Position numbers and translations under genes: made by a program. A stretch of DNA of 64,000 nt, from positions 736,001 through 800,000 of the forward strand of contig CAWJCS010000005.1 of assembly GCA_963841435.1 (NCBI GenBank). The letters are read 5' to 3'. Source of the stretch: an uncultured delta proteobacterium (GTDB lineage Bacteria; Myxococcota_A; Polyangia; Polyangiales; Polyangiaceae). Shown here one piece after another: positions 48,639 through 59,105 of this stretch; position 1 is the first letter of the stretch; the number at the start of each line of letters is the position of its first letter. Under the pieces are notes generated by a model. That model saw only the letters and a list, made by a program, of their open reading frames with translations. It did no database searches and had not been told where the DNA came from.

Positions 48639-49814
48639 ATGAACCGAACCCAAGTGATCATGGTCGTCGCCTTCGGGGCGGTGCTCGGGATCGGCGGCTG
48701 GGTGGCGGCATTTCACGAAGATTGGCTGCGCGCGCCGGCGGGCGAGGACGAGGAAGGCGACGCGCCCGAAACGGTCGTCCCGGTGCACGTCACCAACGTA
48801 TCGGAGCGCAGCTTTCACCGCTGGGTCGAGGGCTGGGGCAGGGTCACCGCCGAGCCGGCGCAGGGCGACAAGCCCGCGGCGAGCGCGCGCGTCGCCTCGC
48901 CGGCGTCGGGCGTCCTTTCCGAGGCGCGCTGCGCCGAGGGCGAGAAGGTCGAGAAGGGCGATCTTCTGTTCCAGCTCGACACGCGGATGGCGAGCGCCGA
49001 GGCCGCCAAGATGGCGGCGGCGCGGACCTCGGCACGCGCGAGCGTCAACCGCCTCGAGGTCGAGAAGCGCTTCGCCGACCGCGAGCTCGAACGCGCGCGC
49101 AAGCTCGCCGCAGCCGAGCTCACCTCGGAGAAAGAGTTGCACGCCGCAGAGCTCGCCGCGTCGTCCGCGGAGAAGGCGCTCGCCGAGGCCTCCGCCAAGG
49201 TCGTCGAGGCCGACCGCGGCGCGTACGCCACGCAGACACAGGCGTCCCTCTTGCGCATCAAAGCGCCCCTCTCGGGAACCGTCGTCAAGGTGAACGTCAA
49301 CCCCGGCGAGTCCGTCGAGGCTTCCACGGTGCTCGCCGAGATCGTCGATCTCGATCGGCTGGTCGTGACGGCGACGATCCCCGCGGGCGAGCTGCCGCGC
49401 ATCCAGCTCGGCCAAAATGCGCACATCCTGCGCGGCGAGACGGACGATATCCCGGGTCGCGTCGCGTTCATCGGGCTTTCCGTCGATACGACGAACGACT
49501 CGGTCCCCGTGCGCCTCTCCTTCGATCGGGCGGCGGGGCTGCACCCCGGCGAATACGTGCACGTCCGCGTCATGGTGGAGGAGCACCCGAACAAGCTCGG
49601 TGTGCCCCGCGAGAGCCTTGTCGAGACCGAGAAGGGTCCCGCCGTGGCCGTCGTCGAGGGCGACCACGCGCACCTCGAGACCGTGACCGTGGGCCTCAAG
49701 GAAGGCCAAGACGTTGAGATCGCGGGCCCCGGGCTCTCGAAGAGCACACGCGTGGTGAGCGCAGGCGCCTACGGCCTGCCGAAAGAGACGAAGATCCGCA
49801 TCGTCGGACCGTGA
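48639..49814 (+). CDS. RND efflux periplasmic adaptor
   Basis: TM anchor, lipoyl halves (EGEKVEKGDLLFQL; IKAPLSGTV), helical hairpin. Confidence 0.9.
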   Translation: MNRTQVIMVVAFGAVLGIGGWVAAFHEDWLRAPAGEDEEGDAPETVVPVHVTNVSERSFHRWVEGWGRVTAEPAQGDKPAASARVASPASGVLSEARCAEGEKVEKGDLLFQLDTRMASAEAAKMAAARTSARASVNRLEVEKRFADRELERARKLAAAELTSEKELHAAELAASSAEKALAEASAKVVEADRGAYATQTQASLLRIKAPLSGTVVKVNVNPGESVEASTVLAEIVDLDRLVVTATIPAGELPRIQLGQNAHILRGETDDIPGRVAFIGLSVDTTNDSVPVRLSFDRAAGLHPGEYVHVRVMVEEHPNKLGVPRESLVETEKGPAVAVVEGDHAHLETVTVGLKEGQDVEIAGPGLSKSTRVVSAGAYGLPKETKIRIVGP

Positions 49815-49815
49815 C

Positions 49816-52800
49816 ATGACGGACGCGGGAGAGAGCGGGCAACCTGCAGGGCTGGGCGGTTTCGCGCTGCGCTACGCGCGCGCCATCGCGTTCATCGTCA
49901 TCGCGCTCTGCGCGGGCGGGCTCTACTCGGCACTGACCATGAAGTCTTCGGTCTTCCCGGAAACCAACTTTCCGCGCGTCGTCATCCTCGTCAACAACGG
50001 TGTGATGCCGGCCGACGAGATGATGGCCACGATCACCCGCCCCATCGAGGAAGCCATGAAGGACGTCCCGGGCGCGGTGACCGTGCGCTCGAGCACGGGG
50101 CGCGGCTCGGCTGACGTCAACGTCTTCTTCGAGTGGAGCGTCAACATGCAGAAGGCCGAGCTCTACGTGCAGTCGCGCCTCGCGGAGCTGCGCGGCACGC
50201 TGCCGGCGAGCGCGAAGACCATTTCGTACCGGCTGACGTTCGCTGCTTTCCCCATCGCGGGCGTCAGCATGACGAGCCACGCGCGCGACATCACGAAGCT
50301 CTGGGAGCTCGGCCGCTACGTCGTGAAACCGCGCTTCTTGCGCGTGCGCGGCGTCGCACGCGTCAACGTCGTGGGCGGCCGAACACCCGAGATCCACGTG
50401 GTCGTCGATCCGACCAAGCTCCAGGCCCTGCATCTCGGCCTCACGGACGTGACCGATGCGCTCTCGCGCACCAACCTGGTGCTGCCCGTGGGCATGCACG
50501 AGGAGAACGACACGCTATATCTGGCGGTGGTCAACGGTCGCGTCCACGACGTGGGCGAGGTCTCGAACCTGATCATCGCGTCCGAAGGCGGGCGTCCCAT
50601 CCGCGTGCGCGATTTCGCCCGCGTCGAGCGCGGCGAGGAGACCGTGTACAACGCGGTCACGGCCGACGGCGTCAACGCCGTGCTGCTCAACGTGAAGAGC
50701 CAGCCCGACGGCAGCACGCTCGAGATCGCCAACGGGCTGGCGATCGCCGTGCGCGAACTTTCGCGCGAGCTGCCGCCCGACGTGAAGCTCGAGTTCTTCT
50801 ACGACCAATCGCTGCTCGTGCGCGCGTCGGTCCGCGGCGTCTGGGAAGCGATCGGCTTCGGGCTGGTGCTGTCGGTCGCCATTCTCTACCTGTTCCTGCG
50901 CCGCTGGAGAACGACGTTGGTGGCCACGCTGGTCATCCCGGTTACCGTGCTCACGACGCTCGTCGTGATGAAGGCGCTCGGCATGGGCTTCAACCTGATG
51001 ACGCTCGGAGGGATCGCCGCCGCCATCGGGCTCGTCGTCAACGATGCCATCGTGGTCGTCGAAGCGATTCACGCGGAGCTAACGCTCGGCCGGCCGCTGT
51101 CCGAGGCCGTGACGCACGCGGCGCGCGAAATCACGCGTCCGCTCGTGGGCTCGACGCTCACCCCCGTCGTGGTCTTCTTGCCGCTCGCGTTCCTCGACGG
51201 CGTTCCCGGCGTGTTCTTCCGTGCGCTCGCGCTCACGATGGTCGTCTCGCTCGTCGCGTCCCTCGTGCTGGCAGTCACCTTCACGCCCTCGCTCGCGAGC
51301 TGGATCATGCGGGGCGAGCCAGCAATGGGCCACGAGCCCGCGGCCGCCGCGGCGCCGCGCGGCTTTCTGGGCCAGCGTCTCAAGATCTACGACGCCGCCG
51401 TGAAGGCGGCGCTTTCGCACCCGTACCTCACCGTGGGCCTGTCACTTTGTCTCATGCTCGGCGGGGTGCTCCTGCACTACCGCCTCGAGAGCGACTTCTT
51501 GCCCCCGATGGACGAGGGCGGCTTCGTCATCGACTACGTGGCGCCCCCCGGCACGAGCCTGACCGAAACGAACCGCAAGCTGCTCGGCGTCGAGGACATC
51601 CTGAAGCGAACCCCCGACGTCGAGAGCTACTCGCGCCGAACCGGTGCCGCGCTCGGCTTCCATCTGGTCGAGCCCAACACCGGCGACTTTTTGGTGAAGC
51701 TCCGACCGGAGCGCGAGCACGATACGGAAGAAGTGATCTCGACGCTGCGCCAGAAGCTGCGCGCCGCCGCGCCCGACATCGAGTGGGAATTTCCCGGCAT
51801 CCTCGCGGATCTCATCGGCGACCTCACCTGGTCGCCGGAGCCCATCGAGGTGAAAATCCTCTCGAGCGACCTCGAGTATCTCAAACGTATGGCGCCCAAG
51901 GTCGCGCAGACGGTCGAGAGCGTGCACGGCGTCGTCAACGTGAAGGACGGCCTGGTGGTCGCCGGCCCATCGCTCGGCATCCACGTGCGCCCCGCCGATG
52001 CGCAGCGTTTCGGCCTCGACACCGAGAGCGTGGCTCGCAGTGTCAACACGGCGATTTTCGGCGAGGAAGCGTCGCGCGTCCTCGAGGGCGACCGCATCGT
52101 CAACGTGCGCGTCGAGCTCGAGCGCCCGTGGGTGGACAGAATCGAGCGCATCCGCGGCCTGCCGATCCGGACACCGAGCGGCAGCCTCGTCATGCTGAGC
52201 CAGGTGGCGGACGTCGAGGAGGACCCAGGCGCGCTCGAGCTGCACCGCGAAGACCTGCAGCAGAACGTCGCGGTAACGGCGCGTCTCGAGGGTCGCGACC
52301 TCGGCAGCGCCATCGCCGAGATCCGCCAGAAGCTCGAGCGAGATCCGAGCTTGCCGCGGGGCGGTATCGCCTTCGGCGGGCTCTACCAGCAGCAGCAGGA
52401 ATCCTTCAGGAACCTGCTCGTGGTGCTGTTTCTCGCCATCGCGCTCGTCTTTACCGTGCTCTTGCTCGAGTTTCGCTCGTTCGCCGCGCCGCTCGCGATC
52501 GTGTTCGGCTCCGTGCTCGCGCTGTTCGGCACCGTGCTCGCGCTGCTAGTCACGGGCACCTCGCTCAACGTGATCTCGTTTCTGGGCGCCATCATCGGCG
52601 TCGGCATCGTCGCGAAGAACGGCATCCTGATGCTCGATCTCGTCGACCAGCTGCGGGCGTCGGGCCGCTCGCTCGAGGACGCGCTCATCGCATCCGGACG
52701 GCGGCGGCTCCGCCCCGTGCTCATGACCTCGCTCGCGGGCGCGCTCGGCATGCTGCCGCTCGCGTACGGCGTGGGCTCGGGGGCGGACATGCTGCGTCCC

Positions 52801-52899
52801 ATGGCGATCGCCGTGATCGGCGCCCTGCTCTTTTCGGACCTGATGTCGCTCGTCGCGACGCCGACCGTCTATTATCTCTTGCGACGCCGCTTTGCATGA
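49816..52899 (+). CDS. RND efflux permease (AcrB/CusA/CzcA superfamily)
   Basis: 1027 aa, NLMTLGG..AIGLVV(N)DAIVVVE, FLPPMDEG, GIVAKNGI, RLRPVLMT. Confidence 0.93.
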   Translation: MTDAGESGQPAGLGGFALRYARAIAFIVIALCAGGLYSALTMKSSVFPETNFPRVVILVNNGVMPADEMMATITRPIEEAMKDVPGAVTVRSSTGRGSADVNVFFEWSVNMQKAELYVQSRLAELRGTLPASAKTISYRLTFAAFPIAGVSMTSHARDITKLWELGRYVVKPRFLRVRGVARVNVVGGRTPEIHVVVDPTKLQALHLGLTDVTDALSRTNLVLPVGMHEENDTLYLAVVNGRVHDVGEVSNLIIASEGGRPIRVRDFARVERGEETVYNAVTADGVNAVLLNVKSQPDGSTLEIANGLAIAVRELSRELPPDVKLEFFYDQSLLVRASVRGVWEAIGFGLVLSVAILYLFLRRWRTTLVATLVIPVTVLTTLVVMKALGMGFNLMTLGGIAAAIGLVVNDAIVVVEAIHAELTLGRPLSEAVTHAAREITRPLVGSTLTPVVVFLPLAFLDGVPGVFFRALALTMVVSLVASLVLAVTFTPSLASWIMRGEPAMGHEPAAAAAPRGFLGQRLKIYDAAVKAALSHPYLTVGLSLCLMLGGVLLHYRLESDFLPPMDEGGFVIDYVAPPGTSLTETNRKLLGVEDILKRTPDVESYSRRTGAALGFHLVEPNTGDFLVKLRPEREHDTEEVISTLRQKLRAAAPDIEWEFPGILADLIGDLTWSPEPIEVKILSSDLEYLKRMAPKVAQTVESVHGVVNVKDGLVVAGPSLGIHVRPADAQRFGLDTESVARSVNTAIFGEEASRVLEGDRIVNVRVELERPWVDRIERIRGLPIRTPSGSLVMLSQVADVEEDPGALELHREDLQQNVAVTARLEGRDLGSAIAEIRQKLERDPSLPRGGIAFGGLYQQQQESFRNLLVVLFLAIALVFTVLLLEFRSFAAPLAIVFGSVLALFGTVLALLVTGTSLNVISFLGAIIGVGIVAKNGILMLDLVDQLRASGRSLEDALIASGRRRLRPVLMTSLAGALGMLPLAYGVGSGADMLRPMAIAVIGALLFSDLMSLVATPTVYYLLRRRFA

Positions 52900-52964
52900 G
52901 CGCCGCGGTCGGAGCCATTCGCGCGCGGCTTGGTGGCCCCGGCGATCGGCGCTATGCTCGGAAG

Positions 52965-54043
52965 GTGCAGAGAACGCGTCCAGGTGGAACGCTCATCGCG
53001 CTCTCGTTGCTACTCGGGGTAGCGGCGCCGGCGGCGGCAGCCCCGCCCGCGAGCGCGCCGACGAGCCCGCAAAGGCCCCCGCGCCGCCGCCCGAAAAGCC
53101 TCGGGCGCCCGCAGCGCCCCCCGGAACACCGACGAGCACGCCGGGCACCAAACCGCCCTCGGCGCTCGGCGCCGTCGAAGCGGCGAGCCTGGCGAGCGGC
53201 GTCGTCGTGCTCGAGCGCGCCGGCAAGCTGCTCGAGCTCGGCACGGTGCTGAACGGCGACGGTCGCATCGTGACGGCGCTCTCGGCCCTCGGTGACGGGC
53301 GACACGTCAACGCGCGCTTTTCCGACGGCACCACGGTGCCGGTGCGGCTCGGCCACGCCGACTACGCGCGCGACCTCGCGCTCCTGGTCCCGCAGACGGG
53401 ACGCCGCCGCCCGGGCCTGAGAGCAACACGCGACGGCGCCGAAGAAGCGGGGCCGCTCAGGAGCTTCGTCGCAACGGGAAAGAAAGCGACGGTGGCCGGC
53501 CTCGTCACGCCCGGCAAGGCCGACACCTTGATCGGCACCGACGGCAAGCCGCTCACTCGGGTGCTCTCCTTCACGACGACCCTGCCCCCCGCAAGCCTCG
53601 GCACACCGTTGCTCGGGAGCAGCGGTGACGTCGAAGCCGTCGCCACGCGTGCTTTCCGCCGGGCGCCCGGCGTCGCCAGGGTCGCGGTGGTGGTCGGTAC
53701 AACGGTCGGCTCGGTCCGCGAGTTTCTGCGCCGCGCGCCGGCCACGGCGGCCCTGCCGTCCGTCGGAATCGGCGTGCAGGGCGAGCCCGTCGATGCGGGC
53801 GTCGCGCGGGGGGTGCGCGTGACGACCGCCCGCGGCCCCGCAGCGGCGGCACGCTTGCGAGCCGGGAAAGATCTCGCCTCGTCCGACGTCATCGTTGCCA
53901 TCGACGGAATACCCGTGATCACTCCCGACGCCCTGGCTAGCGCCGTGGCCGAGCGCTCCCTCGGTGATGCCGTGGACCTCTTGGTTCTGGGCGCCGGGCG
54001 CTATCGCCACGTGACGCTGGTCGTCGCCGCAGCCCCGCGCTGA
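52965..54043 (+). CDS. Trypsin-like + PDZ protein with degenerate catalytic triad; -1 frameshift near 53056
   Basis: Signal peptide VQRTRPGGTLIALSLLLG in one frame, body in ORF 52892. GTVLNGDGRIVTA, DLALL, SDVIVAIDG. Adding one base gives 360 codons. Confidence 0.7.
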
Positions 54044-54211
54044 GCGGCCGGGCCCGAGGGCCGCTGGGCCCCCTTTCCCCTCGGCCCCGGCGACGAGCCC
54101 TCGAGCCTTGGCGGGCAGATAAGATCGCCAGGCGCCGACAAGAATTGACAGAACGGAACGAGAAGGCGAGTATCCTCACTCATTCGCCCCGCGCGGGCGC
54201 TGGATTTCCGC

Positions 54212-54985
54212 GTGTCGAGCCCCCTGCGCATCGAAGTTGCCGGCCAGACCGACGTTGGCCGGAAGCGAACTCACAACGAGGATAATTTCGCGATCATGGC
54301 CGAGCACGGCCTGTACGTGGTCGCCGATGGCATGGGCGGCCACGCGTCCGGCGAAATTGCCTCGAAGATGGCGGTCGACACGCTGCACGAGTTCTTCGCG
54401 GCCACCTCCGACGACCCGGAGCGAACCTGGCCCTACAAGATGGACCGCTCGAAGGGTTACGAGGAGAACCGCCTCGTCACCGGCATCAAGCTTTGCAACC
54501 TGCGCATCTACGAGCAAGCGCAGCGAAATGCCAAGCAGCGGGGCATGGGCACGACGCTCGCCGCGCTCTTCGCAGTCGAAGACGGCGTCTACGTCGCGCA
54601 CGTGGGCGACAGCCGCGTATACCGCATCCGCGACGGCGCGATCGAGCAGCTGACCGAAGACCACTCGCTGCTCAACGACTACAAGAAGATGAAGCACCTC
54701 ACGCCGGAGGAGATCGCGAACTTTCCCCACAAGAACGTGATCGTTCGCGCGCTCGGCATGAAGGACACGGTCAAGGTCGACACGCGCTTCGAGGCGCCCC
54801 GCTCCGGTGACGCCATCGTGCTCTGCAGCGACGGCTTGTCCGGCCCCATCGAGGACGACCGGCTGCTCGACCTCGTGGCATCGTCGCCGAATTTGCCACT
54901 CGCCACGCAGCGCCTCATCGACGCCGCCAACGAGAACGGCGGCCCCGACAACATCACCTGCGTCATCGCCCGCTGGATCGACTAG
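54212..54985 (+). CDS. pph1: PP2C Ser/Thr phosphatase, Pph1-like
   Basis: GRKRTHNED, VADGMGGH, TWPYKMD..YEENRL, HVGDSR, CSDGL, GGPDNIT. Confidence 0.88.
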   Translation: MSSPLRIEVAGQTDVGRKRTHNEDNFAIMAEHGLYVVADGMGGHASGEIASKMAVDTLHEFFAATSDDPERTWPYKMDRSKGYEENRLVTGIKLCNLRIYEQAQRNAKQRGMGTTLAALFAVEDGVYVAHVGDSRVYRIRDGAIEQLTEDHSLLNDYKKMKHLTPEEIANFPHKNVIVRALGMKDTVKVDTRFEAPRSGDAIVLCSDGLSGPIEDDRLLDLVASSPNLPLATQRLIDAANENGGPDNITCVIARWID

Positions 54986-55191
54986 CCGCCCCGCGGCGCG
55001 CTCGAGCCGCGCCTCTTCTGGGACACGGGCGCTCGCGCTCCCTGCCCGTAACTTCGTGTAGGCGAAGGTGCGATGTCGGCCGACCGGCGGGGATGCCGGG
55101 CCCGGTCCGCGCGTTGACGGGGGAAGGCCTCACGGGCATGTTAAAAAAGCCGCGTGCCCGCCATTCCTCCCGATGGCGCCGTGAGAGACGC

Positions 55192-55572
55192 ATGAAGCTC
55201 GGAGAAAAGCTCACGGTGGAGTCGCTCGAGCTCGAGCGCAAGGCCGAGAACTCGTTGTTCCTCAGAGGAACACTCAGCACCCCGACGGCACAGACCGAGT
55301 TCAAGCGGCTCTTGCAGGAGCTGCACACCGAGATCGTCGGCGCCCGCGCCGAGCGCTTCGCCGTCAACGTTCGCGACCTGAGCTTCGTCAACTCGACGGC
55401 CATTCGCGCGTTCGTTGACTGGATTTCGCGAGCAGCGCACGCAGGCTACAAGCTTTCGTTCACCACCAATCCCGCCGTCACCTGGCACCGTTTGAGCTTC
55501 TCGGTGCTAAAGACGCTCGCTCCGGAGAGCGTCGAGATCGTGGAGCTCGGCCCCGGAGTCCTCGAGTCGTGA
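55192..55572 (+). CDS. STAS-like anti-anti-sigma protein
   Basis: V(N)VRDLSFVNSTAI..FVDWI, TWHRLSF..L..LAP. ATG 55192. Confidence 0.7.
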   Translation: MKLGEKLTVESLELERKAENSLFLRGTLSTPTAQTEFKRLLQELHTEIVGARAERFAVNVRDLSFVNSTAIRAFVDWISRAAHAGYKLSFTTNPAVTWHRLSFSVLKTLAPESVEIVELGPGVLES

Positions 55573-55745
55573 CGAGCGGCGGCGCTTCCAGCACGGAGCG
55601 CACCATTCGCATCCTGCGACGAGACTCGGCGGTCAACGAAGCCCGGCGACTGGCCGAGCTCACCGTGAGCTACTGCTCGCCCGAATGCCGCGAGGCCGTC
55701 TCGCTCGCGGTCTGCGAGCTCGGGGAGAATCTCGTCAAGTACGGG
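55569..55745 (+). pseudogene. 5' fragment of a HATPase-type anti-sigma kinase
   Basis: GTGA overlap with the STAS gene. AVSLAVCELGENLVKYG N-box, after which the frame loses coding character. Confidence 0.7.
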
Positions 55746-55747
55746 GT

Positions 55748-56584
55748 TACGCGAACCTCGAGAAACGCGTCGAGCAGCGCACCGCCGAGCTCGCTCGCGC
55801 GGTCGATGCGCTCTGGGGAGAAATGCGACTCGCCCGCAAGATCCAGGAAGCCCTCGTACCGAGCGCGCCCGAGCTCTCCGGCTGCAACGTCGCCGTGGCC
55901 ATGAAACCGGCCGACGAGGTCGGCGGCGACTACTACGACGTGATCCGCGCCGGCAGCCACGAATGGATCCTCATCGGCGACGTCTCGGGTCACGGCGTGC
56001 CTGCGGGTCTCATCATGATGATGTGCCAGACGGCCGTGCGCACCGTGCTCGAGCGCGACCCCGACCTCACTCCCGACCGGCTGCTCACGCTGGTCAACGA
56101 CGTGCTCACCCGGAACATCCATCAGCTCGGCGAGGACAAGTACATGACGATCAGCGCGCTGCGCCGCGACGCCGACGGGGGCATCGCGTTCGCGGGCGCG
56201 CACCAGGACATCTACGTCTACCGCGCGCTCCGCGACGAGATCGAGGTGATCGAGACGAAGGGCATCTGGCTCGGCCTGCGCTCGCGCGCCGAGGGGTCGT
56301 TCACGACGCAGACACTCGACCTCGGCGAGGGCGACGTGCTCGTGCTCTACACGGACGGCATCACCGAGGCCACGCACGACGGTGCGATGTTCGACACGTC
56401 GGGCATGCTCGCCGCGCTCGGTGCCGCCAAGGGCAAGACGGCGCGCGAGCTGCTCGACCACGTGCTCGGCGCGCTGGAAGGCTTCGAGCTGCACGACGAC
56501 GCGACGCTGCTCGTCGTCAGAAAGCTCGGAACGGCCGCCCCACGCCACCTCTCGGCGGAGAGCGGCGCGCACCCGGCAGCCTGA
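55748..56584 (+). pseudogene. SpoIIE/RsbU PP2C phosphatase lacking start codon and N-terminal sensor
   Basis: Begins mid coiled coil (YANLEKRVEQRTAEL). ARKIQ, VGGDYYD, GDVSGHG, YTDGITE, DDATL. Confidence 0.75.
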
Positions 56585-56636
56585 GCCGCCTCCGACGCGC
56601 GCGCGCGGGGCGGGAAATTTGCTACGGTCGCGCCCC

Positions 56637-59084
56637 GTGAAAAAGTCGACTCTGCTCGCTTCCGGCTGGGAAGTCGCCTGCCCGCGTTGGCTCGTGCCCC
56701 CCGCGCGCCTCGGCTTCACGCGGCTCGAGTGGTTGCCCGCCGAGGTGCCGGGCCACGTGCACGTCGATCTCGTGCGCGCGGGCGTGATCCGCGATCCGTT
56801 CGAGGCGCTCGCGGAGCTCGGCAGCCAGTGGGTCGACGAAGAGCGCTGGAGCTACCGTACGACCTTCGAGCTCACGAAGGCACCCGAGCGACCCACGCGG
56901 CTGCTCTGCTTCGAAGGGCTCGATACGGTCGCGAGCGTCTGGCTCGACGGCGTGAAGGTGGCCGAGCACGACGACATGTTCGTGCCGCTCGAGGTCAACG
57001 TGTCGGCGCTCGACGCGGGGCGCCACGAGCTCCGCGTCAACTTCGAGCCGGCGACGGCCGTGGGCCGCGCGCGCCGCGCCCGCTACCTCGCGGCGGAGGG
57101 GCTGCCCGAGAACGTCGTGCGCTTCGACGAGCGCGCCTTCGTGCGCAAGGCCCAATACATGTACGGCTGGGACTGGGGACCCCGGCTGGTTTCGGCCGGG
57201 ATCTGGCAGCCGGTGACGCTCGTCGAGCACGCCGGCAGGCTCACGGAGGTGCACGTCGCCCAGACCCACGAGGCAGGCGGCGCGGTCAAGCTTGGATTCG
57301 AGTCGCGCTTCGAGGGGGCGGGGAGCGTCGTGCACTTCGTCGAGGGGCGTGCGGAGCCGATCGCGAACGGCGGCAGCCTGGCGCTCGCGCACCCCGAGCT
57401 CTGGTGGCCCGCAGGGCTCGGCGCGCAGACGCTGATGACCGTCACGAGCTACCTCGTGCCGGAGCGCGTCGACAGCCGCGACGCCGCCGAGCGACACGCG
57501 CTCGATCGCAAGGTCACGCGCGTCGGGATCCGCCGCGTGCGTCTGCTGATGGAGCCCGACGAGCACGGCGAATCGTTCGAGCTCGAGGTCAACGGCCGGC
57601 GTGTCTACGCGCTCGGAGCAAACTGGATCCCCGATCACTCGTTCCCCTCGCTCGTGACGCGACCGCGACTAAAAGCTCAGCTCGAACGCGCCCGCGCGAT
57701 GAACATGAACATGCTGCGCGTCTGGGGCGGCGGCCTGTACGAGAGCGACGACTTTTACGAGCTTTCCGACGCGCTCGGCCTCATGGTCTGGCAGGATTTT
57801 CCCTTCGCCTGCCAGTACTACCCCGAGGACGCCGAAACCCTGGCCAAGGTGCGCGAGGAGGCCACCTTCCACGTGCGGCGCCTGCGCGAGCACCCGAGCC
57901 TCGTGCTGTGGTGCGGCAACAACGAGAACCTCACGATGTACGAGTCCGGCTGGGACGCGCCCGACCGCCATCCCCCGCGGCTCTACGGAGACGCCATCTA
58001 CGAGGGCGTGCTGCGCGAGGTGCTCGGCGAGCTCGACGCCGAGCGACCCTACGTCCCCACGTCACCCTGGGGCGGGAACAACTCGAACGACGGCGGCATC
58101 GGCGACCAGCACTACTGGGACGTGTGGCACGGCCGCGGCGACTGGAAGCACTACGACGACTCGACGGCGCGCTTCTGCTCGGAGTTCGGCTTCGCCTCGG
58201 CCCCACTTCCGGCTTGCTGGCGGCGCGCCATCCCCGAGGCACCCAATCCGCTCGCCCTCGATGCGCGCGACCGCCGCGCACGCTTCCACGATAAGACCCT
58301 CAAGGGCTACGAAACGTTCCTCGGCTTCGTGGCCCTCCACTACCCGGCCCCCGAGAGCCTCGGTGCCTGGAGCTACCAGTCGATACTCAACCAGCGCGAT
58401 GCACTGCGCCACGGCATCGAGCATTTTCGCCGCTCGGAGCTCTGCCGCGGGGCGCTCATTTGGCAACTCAACGACTGCTGGCCCGTGCAGAGCTGGGCCG
58501 TCGTTGACAGCGAGGGGGAGCTCAAGGCGGCCGCCTTCGAGCTGACGCGCCTGTACGCACCGGCTCTCGCGAGCCTCGTCCTCGGCGAGGGGCGCGCCGA
58601 GCTCTTCGTGATGCTCCACAATGCGAGCACGCCGTTTTCGGGCGAGGCCGTGCTCGAAGCCACGTCGCTCATCGACGGTCGGAGCCTCGGGCGCTTCGGC
58701 AGAGTGGTCACGCTCGAGCCCGACCAGAAAAAGCTCGCGCTCTGCGCGGACCTCGGCGCCTTCCCGCCCGAAACCACGCTGCTCACGGCAAGCTTCGCGG
58801 GCCACCGCACGCACCACCTGCTCTGCGAGCCGAAGGACGCCCGCCCACCGACCCCGAAGCTTCGCGCCCGCGCAGCGGAGGGTGGCGTCGTCATCGAGAG
58901 CGACACCCCCGTCGTCAACCTCTTCGTCCGTGACCCGACCGACCGCGTGCGTTTCACCCGAAACTTCGTGACGCTACCGGCTCCAGGAACCGTCGAGCTT
59001 GGTACGAGCGGCCGGCCCGAGGCTCTCGAGGCAAGGAGCCTTTCGGGTGTTCAGAGGGTCGTGGTGGCGGGAGCGGGTGCCTAG
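56637..59084 (+). CDS. GH2 beta-mannosidase-like glycoside hydrolase
   Basis: RKAQYMYGWDWGP, GANWIP, NMLRVWGGG, WCGNNE, SEFG, WQLNDCWP. Confidence 0.92.
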   Translation: MKKSTLLASGWEVACPRWLVPPARLGFTRLEWLPAEVPGHVHVDLVRAGVIRDPFEALAELGSQWVDEERWSYRTTFELTKAPERPTRLLCFEGLDTVASVWLDGVKVAEHDDMFVPLEVNVSALDAGRHELRVNFEPATAVGRARRARYLAAEGLPENVVRFDERAFVRKAQYMYGWDWGPRLVSAGIWQPVTLVEHAGRLTEVHVAQTHEAGGAVKLGFESRFEGAGSVVHFVEGRAEPIANGGSLALAHPELWWPAGLGAQTLMTVTSYLVPERVDSRDAAERHALDRKVTRVGIRRVRLLMEPDEHGESFELEVNGRRVYALGANWIPDHSFPSLVTRPRLKAQLERARAMNMNMLRVWGGGLYESDDFYELSDALGLMVWQDFPFACQYYPEDAETLAKVREEATFHVRRLREHPSLVLWCGNNENLTMYESGWDAPDRHPPRLYGDAIYEGVLREVLGELDAERPYVPTSPWGGNNSNDGGIGDQHYWDVWHGRGDWKHYDDSTARFCSEFGFASAPLPACWRRAIPEAPNPLALDARDRRARFHDKTLKGYETFLGFVALHYPAPESLGAWSYQSILNQRDALRHGIEHFRRSELCRGALIWQLNDCWPVQSWAVVDSEGELKAAAFELTRLYAPALASLVLGEGRAELFVMLHNASTPFSGEAVLEATSLIDGRSLGRFGRVVTLEPDQKKLALCADLGAFPPETTLLTASFAGHRTHHLLCEPKDARPPTPKLRARAAEGGVVIESDTPVVNLFVRDPTDRVRFTRNFVTLPAPGTVELGTSGRPEALEARSLSGVQRVVVAGAGA

Positions 59085-59105
59085 CGTTTCTGTTTCCGTA
59101 TCCCC

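Noticed and set aside
54145..54176. TTGACA...TATCCT promoter for pph1
   Set aside because: The 20-bp spacing is too long for a standard sigma70 promoter.
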